Positions 13,966 to 26,039 of a stretch of DNA of 64,000 nucleotides are shown one piece after another. The translations under genes and the position numbers were made by a program. The stretch's first letter is position 1; each line of letters starts with the position of its first letter. The notes under the pieces were generated by a model. That model saw nothing but the letters and a program-made list of their open reading frames with translations. It had not been told where the DNA came from and made no database searches. Source of the stretch: the human T2T-CHM13v2.0 reference genome, Homo sapiens; assembly GCF_009914755.1 (NCBI RefSeq), contig NC_060936.1; one strand, written 5' to 3'.

Positions 13966-16404
13966 GGAGAAGGTCTACCCTGCAAGAGGTGGAGAGAGAG
14001 CTAGTGGCTTGGATCTTTGGGGTGCACATGGGAATTGTGGGCCCACAGTGTCTGGTGAAAGAAGAGGAGGCAGGAGGCCTTTTTCTTCTCATATGGGGGT
14101 TGAGTGGTGGGGTGCTACTGCCAGTCATTCCAGAACACGTGTTGGGTTCTCAAGGCTCGGGGATGCAGATGTCCAGGTGTCCAATACCAGTTACCAGGCA
14201 GCAGAGAGTGATGGAGACTGTAAAGACAACAAGAAAAGAGGGAAATAGACATCACAGAGAAAAAAAACAAAAAACGCGACATCACAGAGAGGCTAAAATT
14301 ACCACCAAACCACCACCTCCAGACTCCCTGTGAGGGAACAATTCTTGTTCTTATGGCTGAGCCAAAATTGCTTTGAGTTTCTGTGATTATGGTTGAAACA
14401 TCCTAAATAATAAGTGTGGTTTTTTTTTTGTTTTTCGTTTGCTTTTGTCTTAACCATGGAAGTAAAACATTCTCATTCTTAAACATTTAAGAAAAATAGA
14501 AAACTAGAAAAAAGAATCACCTGTAAGCTTACAATTACTTGGCTGTCTGGGTTTTTAATCCTCATCTCTAATTCCATTTCTCAGGACCAAAGCAAGGAGC
14601 ACACATTGAATTCAGTGTCTCCCCTCAGCCTTTCCTTTGATCCTTCAAATTTCAAATGAGAACAACTGTACCTTTAAGTATATGCAAAGCCTTAGCTTTA
14701 AAATCCTTCTTTCAATGAATGCCCTTCTGTAAGGTGCCATGCTCCTGCTGCTCTTGGCATTGGAAAGGCACCCAAGAACTGCTCTCAGGATGAATAGGAA
14801 GCATATTGGAATGCTGCTGATCTTTCTTAGGTGAGAAGCTAAAACCTGCTTATTTACACTTACAGAAAGTCACTTGTTTGCTTTCTTTCAGGCTCAAGTC
14901 ACTTTGGAGGATTGGCATCCTGAGGCAGCCACATTCTAACAGTGAAATAATCTAGTCACAATGACAGACAAATCTTCAGAAACCTAAAATCAGCATGCAC
15001 TAAGATTTGGTTCTGAATAGCAATTGATGAACAAGGTAAAGCTCTTTGAGTGACTGCTCTGGCCAAAGGGAGCAGCCTTGGTGCTGATAAGGGAGTAATT
15101 GCAAGTCAATGAGGGTGGTAATTAAGTGGTCTTTCAGAAAGTTTACATATTCACTGAATATATAAATTTTTAATATTATTTGAATTTTGAATATTTGAGT
15201 TTAAAAGGAGATAAATAACCTAGAGTGAAAAAATACATACATTGACTTTAAGACTTCTTTTAATGTCAACCATTTATAAACACAAGGCTAAAATAAGCCA
15301 TGCAACCCTTTATTTTCAGGCACTATTATAAAAATGGGGCTGAGCTTGACAAAAGCTTGAAGGGTACTATTGTGAGGTTTTAAAAAATGTGTTTGTATGT
15401 GAGTTGTTGGATTTTTAAGTATGCAAATCTGTGCTCCATAAGGATGGATGGTACTTATTTTTTTAATGCCCCTATAGAGTATTGATGCAGTTAGAATGGA
15501 AAGAAGCACATTTGACCAGGATGCACCTATGTTAATAGTAGAATTTTCTTTATCTCTACATGATATTGGGGCAGTGGCAATCAAAGTTAAAAAATCAGTG
15601 TCTCACTCTCTTCAAAACAAATCGTCCTTGTGATCTAAGCAATTAGTTTATTACTTTAAGTAACATAGCTCTATTTATATTTATTTCTGTACATTCTAAG
15701 CAAAAAAAAAAGTATTCCTGTATATTATAACTGAGGAATTGTTTAAATTTAAGTAGCTACAATTGTCAATTATGCTACCTTTATGTGGTTATGTGAGTTT
15801 GGGGAGTGCAGCAGTCACCAAAGGCAAACTTATACAGAAGTAATAAATAACCCCTAAGTCACAATGGCCTAACATACACTGGAAAGGGCTGTCACCACAT
15901 CTTGTAGGTGTCCCTGTAACTAATCCCAAGTCTGATGTTGATTATCAGGACACAAGAAGTGAACACATCAGTAACAATGGCCAGATATTTCAGAGTGCAG
16001 TCTCTTTCAAAAGTCATCTCCAGACTCTTCATATGAAACTGTAAGATTCTTGCAATGATGGGGAGGATGTCACTTTGGGGAGGAAGGATACAAATATGAA
16101 TGCAAGGACAACGATATATAGAAATGAAATCTTCCTTACATTATATAGTTCAATTGACATTTGTAGTTCAGTCTTCATGATACCAGGTTGGCAGACATCC
16201 TGAGCCCTGCCCTGGGCCAGAGTACTAGAAAATCCAGAGTCCAGAAAGGTCCTGGGGTCTTATGAGTGGGGCTGCTGCTTCTTCCTTCTCATTTCACCGA
16301 GGTTCTTATTGCATTTTGATACTTCTCTTGGTATAGGGCAATACTTGTGAAACAAATATGTTGTATGAGGTGATAAACCACCATTGATCCAGGGTTTCTT
16401 CACC

Positions 16405-16575
16405 CAGATCAATTGTTTTAAACTATGGCTGGACTTTAGAATCCCACAGAAAACTTTGTCTATCTATCTATCTATCTATCTATCATATATCCTTTCTATC
16501 TATTGAATCTCTATTATTCTATGTATCATTCTATTATCTATATCTATCTATCTATCTGTCTGTCTATCTATCTAC

Positions 16576-16624
<49 letters not shown>

Positions 16625-16745
16625 ATCTCTGTCTCTCTTGATGCCTGTACCTCATGCCAGACCAATTGAATCAGTCTATCTAAGGGCTGTATTGGGTCTG
16701 TGTCTCCACTTTGTGATGGCTCCCCTGATTATTCTAATGTATAGA
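16405..16745. mobile_element. MER5-family hAT MITE containing an STR
   Basis: ggactttagaatc...ccagaccaattgaatcag...ctcccctgattattctaatgt. Confidence 0.6.
16459..16627. repeat. Compound (TCTA)n tetranucleotide STR
   Basis: Runs of tcta with tctg/ccta interruptions. Confidence 0.95.
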
Positions 16746-16851
16746 CAGAGCCAGAGCCTCCAGGTTTTACGTGGCCTGAAGATTATACAATTTTAGAAAC
16801 CCCCTTTAAGAAATATAATACAAAATTTACAAATAAAAATTAGGTACAAAT

Positions 16852-17371
16852 GGTTGGATATAAAAATGTTCTAGGAATAAATGCTCGGTGCCACAAAGTG
16901 AAAACAACACTCAGGCAAAAGTTTTCTCAGCAAGGCAATTTACTTCTGCAGAAGTGTGCCACTCACGTCAGTCAAGATCACAAGAGCACAGGGAACAAAG
17001 GAGAGCAGCAAGCTTTTATCTCTGACGGTAGTCCCTACCTTTGTGTCACTCCCCAATGGGCTGGGGTTGGACTGCACAATCTGAGCTGACCCGATTGGCT
17101 ACTTGCAAATATTTTTCTAAATAAGGAAGGGAAATGGGATGTGAGGTACAGTGGTAAAGCATGTGAGACATGCAGTTTTGGGGGAACAATGGGTGCAGGA
17201 AACCAAGGGAACAGATGTGAGTTATTGATTAGAGCGCCTGGGAAGGGGGTAGGCTGTTTTACAGTAACTAGGGGCAAGGGGGAACAGGAAATGAGTTTGA
17301 GAACAAAGAACAAGGATGTTAGCAGGCTAAATCTTTGAAGAGAAACTCAGAGAAATTCATTGTATCTTACA
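16852..17371 (-). mobile_element. 3' LTR
   Basis: Starts TGTAAGATACAATG on the minus strand; preceded by PPT AAAAGGGAGGAAT (17372-17384); ~10% mismatch to the 5' LTR by hand count over ~250 bp. Confidence 0.92.
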
Positions 17372-17391
17372 ATTCCTCCCTTTTAATTTTC

Positions 17392-19270
17392 TTACAATTC
17401 TTTCTCTTCAAACTTTTTAAACATGTCTTGGCTTTGCCATTCAACTTGATCTTCCAAAAAGAAAAGCTTACTTGAATAAGCTGGAGGAGAACTAAGTGCT
17501 GGTTGTACAATCCTTTGTATTAGCCCATGGATGCATGGTATAACACAGCAGCCAACAAGAATGAGTCCACCTATTGCAATTGCAAAAGAAATAAGAACTG
17601 AGGCTATGATTCCTTCCCATTTACTGAACCACATTCCCAGCCATCCTGAAATAGGGTCATTTACTCCAGAATTTTTAGCTAATTCATTGGATAAAGCAGT
17701 AAGTCCTTGTAAGGCCTTTGTTATGCTCCCTTTGGGGGCAGTGTTGTTTGGGATGAAGGTACAACATTGGGTTTTAATCATAGCACAAACCTCACCTTTT
17801 TTGGCTCTAGAGTTATCCTGTTTTCCCAAGCCATTTGGCTAGTGGGTCTTAATTGGTTGGCTATTCCTTTGATAGCACCCCTGGTGTAATTAATATACCA
17901 CTGCTGATTATAATAGATGTAATTTATCCAAGCTACATTTTTATTCATAGTTACCTGTGGAAATATGGATTCAAATCCTGCAGCTATTTGGTCTTGGACT
18001 TTGAACCTGTCAGGCACTCCTCATGAGACTCCAATGGCATCTATGTAAACTTGCAAGTCAAAAGACCCATAAGGGGCTTCTCTTATTTTTCGGTGTTGTG
18101 GTTTTTCTTTTTCTGGTTGATGAAATGCCAGGGTGAAAGGGATAGCCAACTGGACAAGAGCACAAGTGCCGCTCCTGTTACGTGGCAGAGTGTCCAGTAA
18201 GGGTCCACTGAAATACCACCATACATCCGCTTGAGGATGACTAAGGGCAGACTGATGGGTAAGCTCTTGGAAGGGCCTAAGCTCACTGCATCCCATTAAG
18301 CTTCCAAGGAATGCCAAGTTCCCCCCACATCGTGAGAGATATGAGGTGAAATTGACTTCGGGAGATGGAAGCTGAATGGCCCTCAGGGGCTGACCCACAG
18401 GGTGTTGGACTTCGGGATATAGCAGAGAGAGAGCTTGGCATGATTTGTTGCCCCAGGTTGTGGAATCCTGGAAAAGAGCTGCCATACAGCCCATGCCTGG
18501 TCGATTGAAGGACCATCCTAGTGGAAAGGGGACAATCTGGGCCTCTGGTCTGCCATGCACACAAGCTTAACAATTGTTTTTGTTCCAAGTGCGGATGGAA
18601 TATTGCATCCATTCCAACCAGGCATTTATATCTTGATATCCTGTTTCAATTGCCAGAGTTTGTCTTAGATTCTTCACTTTTACAATATTTACCTTGGCAT
18701 TGTTGTTGTGCAGGGTAGAAGGTTTAGAAGGAGAAGGAGGGTCAGTAAAACATATTTTAAAGAAGCCTATAGGGTCCTATTGATTGGCCTCTGCTCCTAA
18801 GACATAAAAGCATTCTAAAAGGGGTGCAGGGGTGGTGGAGGTAAGGGTGTTAATAGAGATAGTTACTGGGTTACAATGGTCAAGTTGACAATTAGAGGGG
18901 GTGGCTCCTTTGGTAAGGCAGAGGTAAGATTTTAGGTCAGTACAGCCTTCTGCGGAGGTCCTGCTGTGTTCACTGGTAGTCAGGATGACATCTTCCCATT
19001 GAGAACATATCTCCCAACTTGGGGTGCCTTGATACCCCCGCGATGAGCAAGGCGTGGGGTCAGTGGCTTCTCTGAAGGGGCAGAGGTATTTTTCTAAAGT
19101 AGAGACATACCTTTGCCATTGTTCATTCTCTTCACAAGGCATAACAAGGCAAGTATTAAAGGCAATGATTTGGGATGAGTCTGACTTAGTTTAATTGATA
19201 GCAAGATTAGTAATAGAATGAGGAAAGAAGAAAGGGGAATAGAAGAGATAAAAGAGAGTTAAACTTTTCT
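17392..19270 (-). pseudogene. env: ERV env, disrupted by stops and frameshifts
   Basis: ORF pieces 18777-19142, 18021-18560 (furin site RKIR), 17778-18017 (INYIYYNQQ..WENRI), 17392-17829 (CX6CC CAMIKTQCC, TM IIASVLISFAIAIGGLILVGCC). Confidence 0.9.
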
Positions 19271-20470
19271 TAACCTTAGTTTGAGGGGTTTTTCGTTTGG
19301 ATAATGGCCCACGACCTCGGAGATGGCAGTGCTTTTTTGACTCAGGTTTGATGGGCCCATCTTTTCTTGATGTTTGGACTGTAGTTTCAGTGTTTAGAAG
19401 CACTAGGCAGGCTCCTCAGGCTGGTGTTGATGTACTGAGAACTCTAGGGGTGATGCCTGTACTGGAAATTTTTGAGTTCTGAGGGAAGAGTAAGTGGAAT
19501 ATAAACCAAGTCTGTAGGAATGTTGGCAGTGGATTGTTTTGAGAGGTAGTTTGGATTCTTACTAGGGTAATAGGAAGACAGAAGACATTTGATCTATGGC
19601 AACCAAGTCTCTAGACTTGTTTGGCTAAGGATATAAATTCCTATGCATGTAAAAACTTTGACTATGTAATACTTGGGTTCTTTAATGGGTAATATTTTTT
19701 TGAGTTCCCTTTAGCTCCCACAGGAGAAACCTGTAACGTGTTCCGCTTATCTGATTTGCTAGGTTATTTTAAAAGACAGGCTTTTCTGGTGCTTGGGGAC
19801 ATAGACGATAGATACTTGGGTGATTAACTTCTCATGAACAAGGCTTTGACTTTTCCTATGAATCTAATCTGAAATTTTGTAAACGTATGAGCCACCATAA
19901 CGGTGTATTTGGAATTAGTATAGATGGTTCTTTCCTGGTCCTGCAAGTACTTTAAAGCTTGACTAAGTGCAGACAGCTTATAAATTTGAATAGACTAATT
20001 ACTAAACATTTTGACTTTAGTTTTTTAGGAACTTTTTAATTAATTACTGAATACCTGTTGCGTTCTTTTTTTCTCAATCATTTCTGAAGAGGGTTTTTCC
20101 TAAGTTTCGCCGGACGTTTGTAATTAGTTAAATCTAAACATCTGTGCTTTCTTTTTAGCTTTGGATCTCTCGTTAAGAAACTTGCTAGGTGAAGTGAATT
20201 ATTAGTAGTTAATGTTAAACTATTTTTTGAATAGAATAGCCTTATATTTATACACATGTAATACTCTTCTGGTGGTACATTTTAATATAAGTGACCTTAA
20301 AGAATGAAAGTTCTTTTTTGGTGGATATTTTTACTTTTAACACTCACCTGACCATAATAAATGTTAGTGGATATACTGGCTGAAAGATTATCTACTACTT
20401 GCTCAGGAAACTTAGCTGCAGGGATGCCTAGCTGCATGGAGCCGCAGCTGAAACCCCCTATTACTTGGCC
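19271..20470 (-). pseudogene. pol: Deleted pol remnant (connection, RNase H and integrase scraps)
   Basis: LVLLNTETTV (IN C-terminus) and IYTNSKY (RNase H) in minus-strand translation; only ~1.2 kb remains. Confidence 0.65.
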
Positions 20471-20499
20471 TTGGCAAAAGGAAGGCAGGTGTCCCGTAA

Positions 20500-21242
20500 C
20501 GTAATTTGCTCAGGGCATAGGCTGCGGCCCGTCGATATGGTGCCGGGACCCTGGACCAGCCCGGGGGCAGGAGCATGGGCTTTGCCTGCCGTGGGGGCGC
20601 ACTATGGGCGGGACGGCACTGACAACATGTTGCGGTGGATCCTTGATGTTGCTAGCCCGGCAAAAGCCACCTGGCGAATTAAGAGCTTGGAGCCCTTTTG
20701 GAGAGTGAGACTTAGGCTGGGCCTGAGGAGATGGGTTGAGGGTATTAGGTGGGGGACTAGTCGTATCAGATGGAAGATGGTCTAGGGGATCCTGTGTGCT
20801 GTTCTCTTTGCCACGATCCCCTGAGCCCCTTCCTTCACTGGCTCTACAGTAGGGGCAGGTGCATAAGGGAAAAGGGAGGACAGGTTTTTGCTTCCAACAA
20901 AGAGCGTAGTCCAGTTTTTCTTGAGAAATTGGGCTTTTATTATTTACATGTTGAATTAAAAGTTGACATAGTATATTCTCAGTCGACCCAAACTTTGGCT
21001 AGAAGATTGAGGGATTGAGGATAGGTCTTTGAGTCCAAATAGAACAGCAATATTTTATTATTTGTTGCTTTTTTTATGTTTAGTTCTTTTAGTATCTTCC
21101 CAACATTTTAGCATGAGACCTAGGGGGCTATCAGGTGGCATATTTTTGTTATTATTCTTATCTTTTTTATGAGACCTAGGGGACTATCAGGTGGTATATC
21201 TCTGTCACTATTCTTATCCTTTTTGCTTGTAATATTTCCCAT
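20500..21242 (-). pseudogene. gag: gag 5' remnant (MA region), frameshifted
   Basis: ATG at 21242 gives MGNITSKKDKNSDRDIPPDSPLGL (myristoylation Gly2 and gamma-type MA motif). Confidence 0.8.
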
Positions 21243-21939
21243 ATTGGGTGATGGCTAGGCGCAATCCCTCTTATTAGGAATTTCTTGCCTAGTGGGGGCT
21301 TGCTGTGGCTCAACCCACTAGGCAAGCCTATCTGGGGGATTTCTTGCCTATTTGGGGGGTCCCTTGTGGTTCAACCCCCTATATTAGGGGGTCTCCTTTA
21401 TTTTTCACTGGAAGCTTTGCTAAGGCCCAATTCACCTACCCTTTAGCCCCACCTGCTGGAGACTCCTTGCATCCTTCTGCTTTGTCCGCTCTGGCCGCTT
21501 CCCTTGCAGGAATATTTTAGGTCCCTCTTAGCATTGATGGTGGGTCAATATAAACCCCTGATGAGACCCCTGAAGGGCCACCCTAAGCCGTATGAGGTGA
21601 CCACGGAACCAAAGACTGGACTCACTCACTCTGCACAGCAGTAGTGCTTGTTACCATTCATGCACTTTCAACCACCAGAATGCCCCGAGCCCCCCACCCC
21701 CGACCACCAAGGAAGTACTTTGTTGCCCCTGCAACATTTCTTACCTTGGTCTGTGCACAGAGTTTAGCTGGTCGCCACGATACTGCAAGCCTCTCCTCCC
21801 CGTGTTGCTGAGAGTCCAAGTTTATTCATAACAACGGGTGGGTCTTGATCTCCCCTCCCTGAGGCCACCACAATGGGGCAGTGGGACACATCTCCCCTGG
21901 GTAGGGTGACTGAAGACCCCTTCTTGAAGGAGAATGGGG

Positions 21940-21957
21940 ATCCCGGATGAGCCCCCA
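21940..21957 (-). other. Primer-binding site, tRNA-Pro
   Basis: TGGGGGCTCATCCGGGAT, one mismatch from the canonical Pro PBS TGGGGGCTCGTCCGGGAT, just 3' of the 5' LTR. Confidence 0.93.
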
Positions 21958-21961
21958 GAAT

Positions 21962-22474
21962 TGCTGAATATAAAAATGTTCTAGGAATAAATGCTTGGTG
22001 CAGCAAAGTGAAACCAGCACTCAGGCAGAAGTTCTCTAAGCTAGGCAATTTACTTCTGCAGAAGGGTGCCACTCGTGTCAATCAAGATCACAAGAGCAGA
22101 AGGAACAAAGGACAGCAGTGAGCTTTTACCTCTGATGGTAGTCCCTACCTTTGAGTCACTCCCCCATAGGCTGGGGTTGGACTGCACAATCTGAGCTGAC
22201 CCAATTAGCTACTTGCAAATATTTTTCTAAATATGGAAGAGAAGGCAGATGTGAGGTACAGTGGTGAAGCATGTAAGAGGTGCAGTTTTGGGGGAACAAT
22301 GGGTGCAGGTAACCAAGGGAACAGATGTGAGTTATTAATTAGAGCTGCTGGGAAGGGGGTAGGCTGTTTTACAGTAACAAAGGGCAAGGAAAGTTAAATT
22401 TAAGAACAAAAGATAAGGAGGTGGACAGGCTAAATCTTTAAAGAGAAACTTAGAGAAATTCATTATATCGTATA
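21962..22474 (-). mobile_element. 5' LTR
   Basis: Direct repeat of 16852-17371. Confidence 0.92.
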
Positions 22475-23719
22475 AAATATGAATAATTATTTAGCATATG
22501 AAAACGAATCACAACAGTTTACACATTTTAAAAAGCTGACAAATACCAAAAATATCACAAGATTTTAGGAAATGAACACAATATTGGTAATAATGAACTG
22601 CCTGGCACCCCTATTCTATACTATTGATAAGAAATATATGTTTTTGGATACTCCTTGATAACCTCTTTATTCGAATGATTTTAAAATATGATTTTACTAT
22701 GATATAAAAAAGCCAAACATTTCTCTTTTTTATGATTGATATTTGTGGTGCCTAATGCCTGCAATGTAGCTGCAGTTTGTTGAACTGCTTCATGTTTTCT
22801 GGTAAAGTCTATTTCATGCAGTCCTCATCAAACTGGAAAATGGCACATGATGCAGGTATAGTTTTATATGCTGCAGGGTCAGTTATATTCCTGTAGGAGA
22901 GGATTTCCATTTTGATTAGATATCACTGAAGACTGAATCCTCCCCTTATGATATTACTTGCCTGATAGTTGGGAGAATTTTGCATAAATGAGAATATGAC
23001 TCCAGGCACATCAAATCTTGTGTTGTTTCTTCTACCAAGTGTGTTGGTGCAGTGGGAGGGAAAGTATTTCTATCAATAGCTTAGTATTACACGGATGCAA
23101 CTGCTAACCACGTAACCGTGACCCACTAATCCCCATTGAAATGCATCTTCGGCTCAACTTACCTTGAGCCAGATCCAAAAAATGTGCCTACAGCCACTCA
23201 TCACCAGCCCACATAAGGGAAAGTATGATGATGTGGCAGCCATCTTAACGGATTGAAGTTCAAATATGTTACTTTTTTAAAATTTGCAAAATCATGTGAC
23301 TATGTAAACACATTTGTGGAGCCATGCACAGGGGCTTGGAAGGGCTCCTGCAAGTGAGGCCCCTGAAGCTTGAGCTCCATTTGTTCAACAGTAAATCTAG
23401 CTCTATCTAGCAGATGGAGCCACTCGTGGAAGGAAGCCCCTCAAGGACATTTCTGCTCTGATCTCTTGTCTCTAGCTCCTCTATTCTAGAAATCCATCCA
23501 TCTCTATTCCCTACCACACCAGCCACAAAGAGAAGATATTTTTTCAGTTCGAATAACCTCTCTACCTTCACGTGTGTAGACGAAAGACCTTAAATATTGC
23601 TGAGAACTCTCTTGTTTTTACTTCTTAATATACTCACTTAAGGATTTTGGAAAGACAGTTCAGTGTTGGGAGGCAATGAAAGCTTGAGATGCCTTGTAGT
23701 CTGATCCTGAAATGCATGG

Positions 23720-24530
23720 AAAGTGAATTCTGACAGCTTGTGTCCAAATCTCATCTTGGTCACAATAGCTGTGCAAACCTGAGTGACTTATTTAACATCT
23801 CTGTGCCTCAGTTTTATCTTCTGCAAAATAGAAATGATGATAATAGCATTGCTCTTGTCGACAAAAAGAGTCAAACTCTGTAAAATATTACAAGAAATTT
23901 ATTCTGAGCCAAATATGAGTGACCATGGCTTGTGACACAGCCCTCAGGAGGGCCTGAGAACATGTGCCCAAGGTGGTTGGGGCACACTTGACTTTATACA
24001 TTTTAGGGAGGCATGAGACATCAATCAAATACATTTAAGAAATACATTGGTTTGGTTCAGAAAGGCAGGACAACTCAAAGTGGGTGTGGGGGTGAGGGGG
24101 AGCTTCCAGGCTGTAGGTAAATTTGAACATTTTCTGGGAGAAAAAGACCTAGCTATGTTAATAGAGATTCCTTACAGATGCATATTTTACCCCACAAAGG
24201 ACAGCTTTGCAGGGCCATTTCAAGATATGGCAAAGAAACCTGTTTTGGGGCAAAATATCTTGATTTTCTTCCTTGTCTCATAGGTTATGCTGAGTCAGGT
24301 TGGAAAGTAAGTCATGATATGTAGGGTTAAATAAAACCCATCTGATGAGAATTTATGTTTTGTAGGACATGACTCCCCAGACCCCTTAGATAGGAATTTG
24401 GGCAAGATAAAAAAAAATCAGAGCTTAGTCCTCACTCTCATAGGGTGGATGTGAGGATTAAATGAGTTAACAAATGTGGAAGGTTGAGAACAGCAAGGGG
24501 CATAAGGACAGCACTCCTTCAGTGTTAACT
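23720..24530 (+). mobile_element. MIR split by a MER4 LTR
   Basis: tttaacatctctgtgcctcagtttt...| ctcatagggtggatgtgaggattaaatgagttaa. Confidence 0.8.
23856..24434 (-). mobile_element. MER4A-like solo LTR (ERV1)
   Basis: tgtcgacaaaaagagtcaaactctg...aatcagagcttagtcctca; 4-bp TSD ctct. Confidence 0.88.
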
Positions 24531-26039
24531 GATGAGACTGTTGCTGCTCAAGTCTTTTAGAAAACAGCCAAAGACTTCTAGGGTACTGTAACTCTCCTGA
24601 AGCAATGAGTAGACAGCCAACTTGTAATGTGAGAAGGTGAATAAAGGTTACTATCTCACACTATTTTTAACCATAAATAAGCAAAGTTAGCCTGAAGACA
24701 TTCACCCTTAGATACGTATATTGTTATCTCTTAATAGCTATTATAATATAAAATGTTACAAATGTGGTCTGCTCCATATAAGCAAAGAAGGCAGAATTTG
24801 TCTTCTCAGTTATTTGGAGGTCTAATGAGAAGAGCATCTCTTTAAGAATTCTTTTGCTGTCATAATTTTATTTTTCTGGCAATGCTCAGGGTACTGCTAA
24901 AATGTTAAAAAAATATATAGATTTCCCTAAATGGCTTCTTCCTTTAAAAATGACAGATTGCTTTTATGCCCTCAGTGCATATCAGATATTGAAATAGAGA
25001 AAATAATTCTTGAGTAACATAATGAAAAAGGGCCCTGAAGTTTTTGCCTTCAGATATGTTGAGGGCTGGGGGTAGAAGTGAGCACGATGAAAATACAGAG
25101 GTGGGGGTCCCATTCAGATGCAGATATAAGATGTTCTCTCCTGATAGCATTCTTACTGTCCCTTCTTACATTCTTTACTCATTGCACGCTCTTTACCACA
25201 AATACTTTTGGTGCTTAGAGAAGAAATCACATCAATTGATAAAGTTCAAGAGAAGCCCTGAAGTTGGAGGGAGGAATTATAATGACTGAAGCTACTATAC
25301 ACTTTGGCTGATAGGATTTTGTGTGTAGATATGTCTTTATGACACGGGTAAATATCTGGGAGAAGAATTCTTGATCATATGATAAGTATATGTTTAACCT
25401 CATAATAAACGCTCATGGGTTCCCAAAGTGGCTATTACTTTTTGCCTTCCCACTAGAATTAGATGAAAGTTTCATTGTTCTACATCTTCTTCAGGACTTG
25501 GTGTTGTCTGTTTTGTTGTTGTGGTTGTTTGTTTGGAGCCATTCTAGCAGACATGTGATGCATCACATCATTTGCATTTTATTAATGAGTAATGATGTTG
25601 AATGCCTCTTCATATACTTACCTTCCATCCATGTTTCCGTGTTCAAATACTTTCACATTAATTACGAATGATGATGTTACATGAGTTCTTTATATATTAT
25701 GGGTACTGGTTTATTATTAGAGAAGGACTTTACAAATTCAAAGTGTGGACTATCACCTCATTTTAGAACAGCTGGAAACCCCACATTCAAGCTCATGAGG
25801 AAGCTGATGGGCAGGGCACAAGGCCATAGACAGAGCTTCCTGGTAGTACTGAAATTTTGTTGGATGTGCATCATCAGAAACCTTGACTTGACCCAAGGTC
25901 ACGAACATTTTCTCCAATACTGTTTCCAGAAGTCGCATAGTTATAGGCTTCACATTTAGGCCTTTAATCCGATTCAAGTTGATTTTTAATATGGTGTGAG
26001 GTATGGGTTGAGGTTAGTTTTTGTTTTCTCTCTCCTTTA

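Larger units (their letters stand above)
16852..22474 (-). mobile_element. Class I ERV provirus with two LTRs, internally deleted and non-autonomous (MER4-group/HEPSI-like; exact family uncertain)
   Basis: Paired ~515-bp LTRs, PBS-Pro, PPT, gag/pol remnants and env; likely 4-bp TSD aaat. Confidence 0.93.
16746..23404 (+). mobile_element. hAT-Tip100-type DNA transposon (MER115/Zaphod-like) interrupted by the ERV
   Basis: Left end ctccaggttttacgtggcctgaagattatacaattt; right end gcccctgaagcttgagctcc...gtaaatctagctct; sequence rejoins across the ERV (ggtacaaat|atgaata). Confidence 0.6.

Noticed and set aside
17035-17338. Paralogous ORFs at 17035-17313 and 22205-22387
   Set aside because: The similarity comes from the two LTR copies; not coding.
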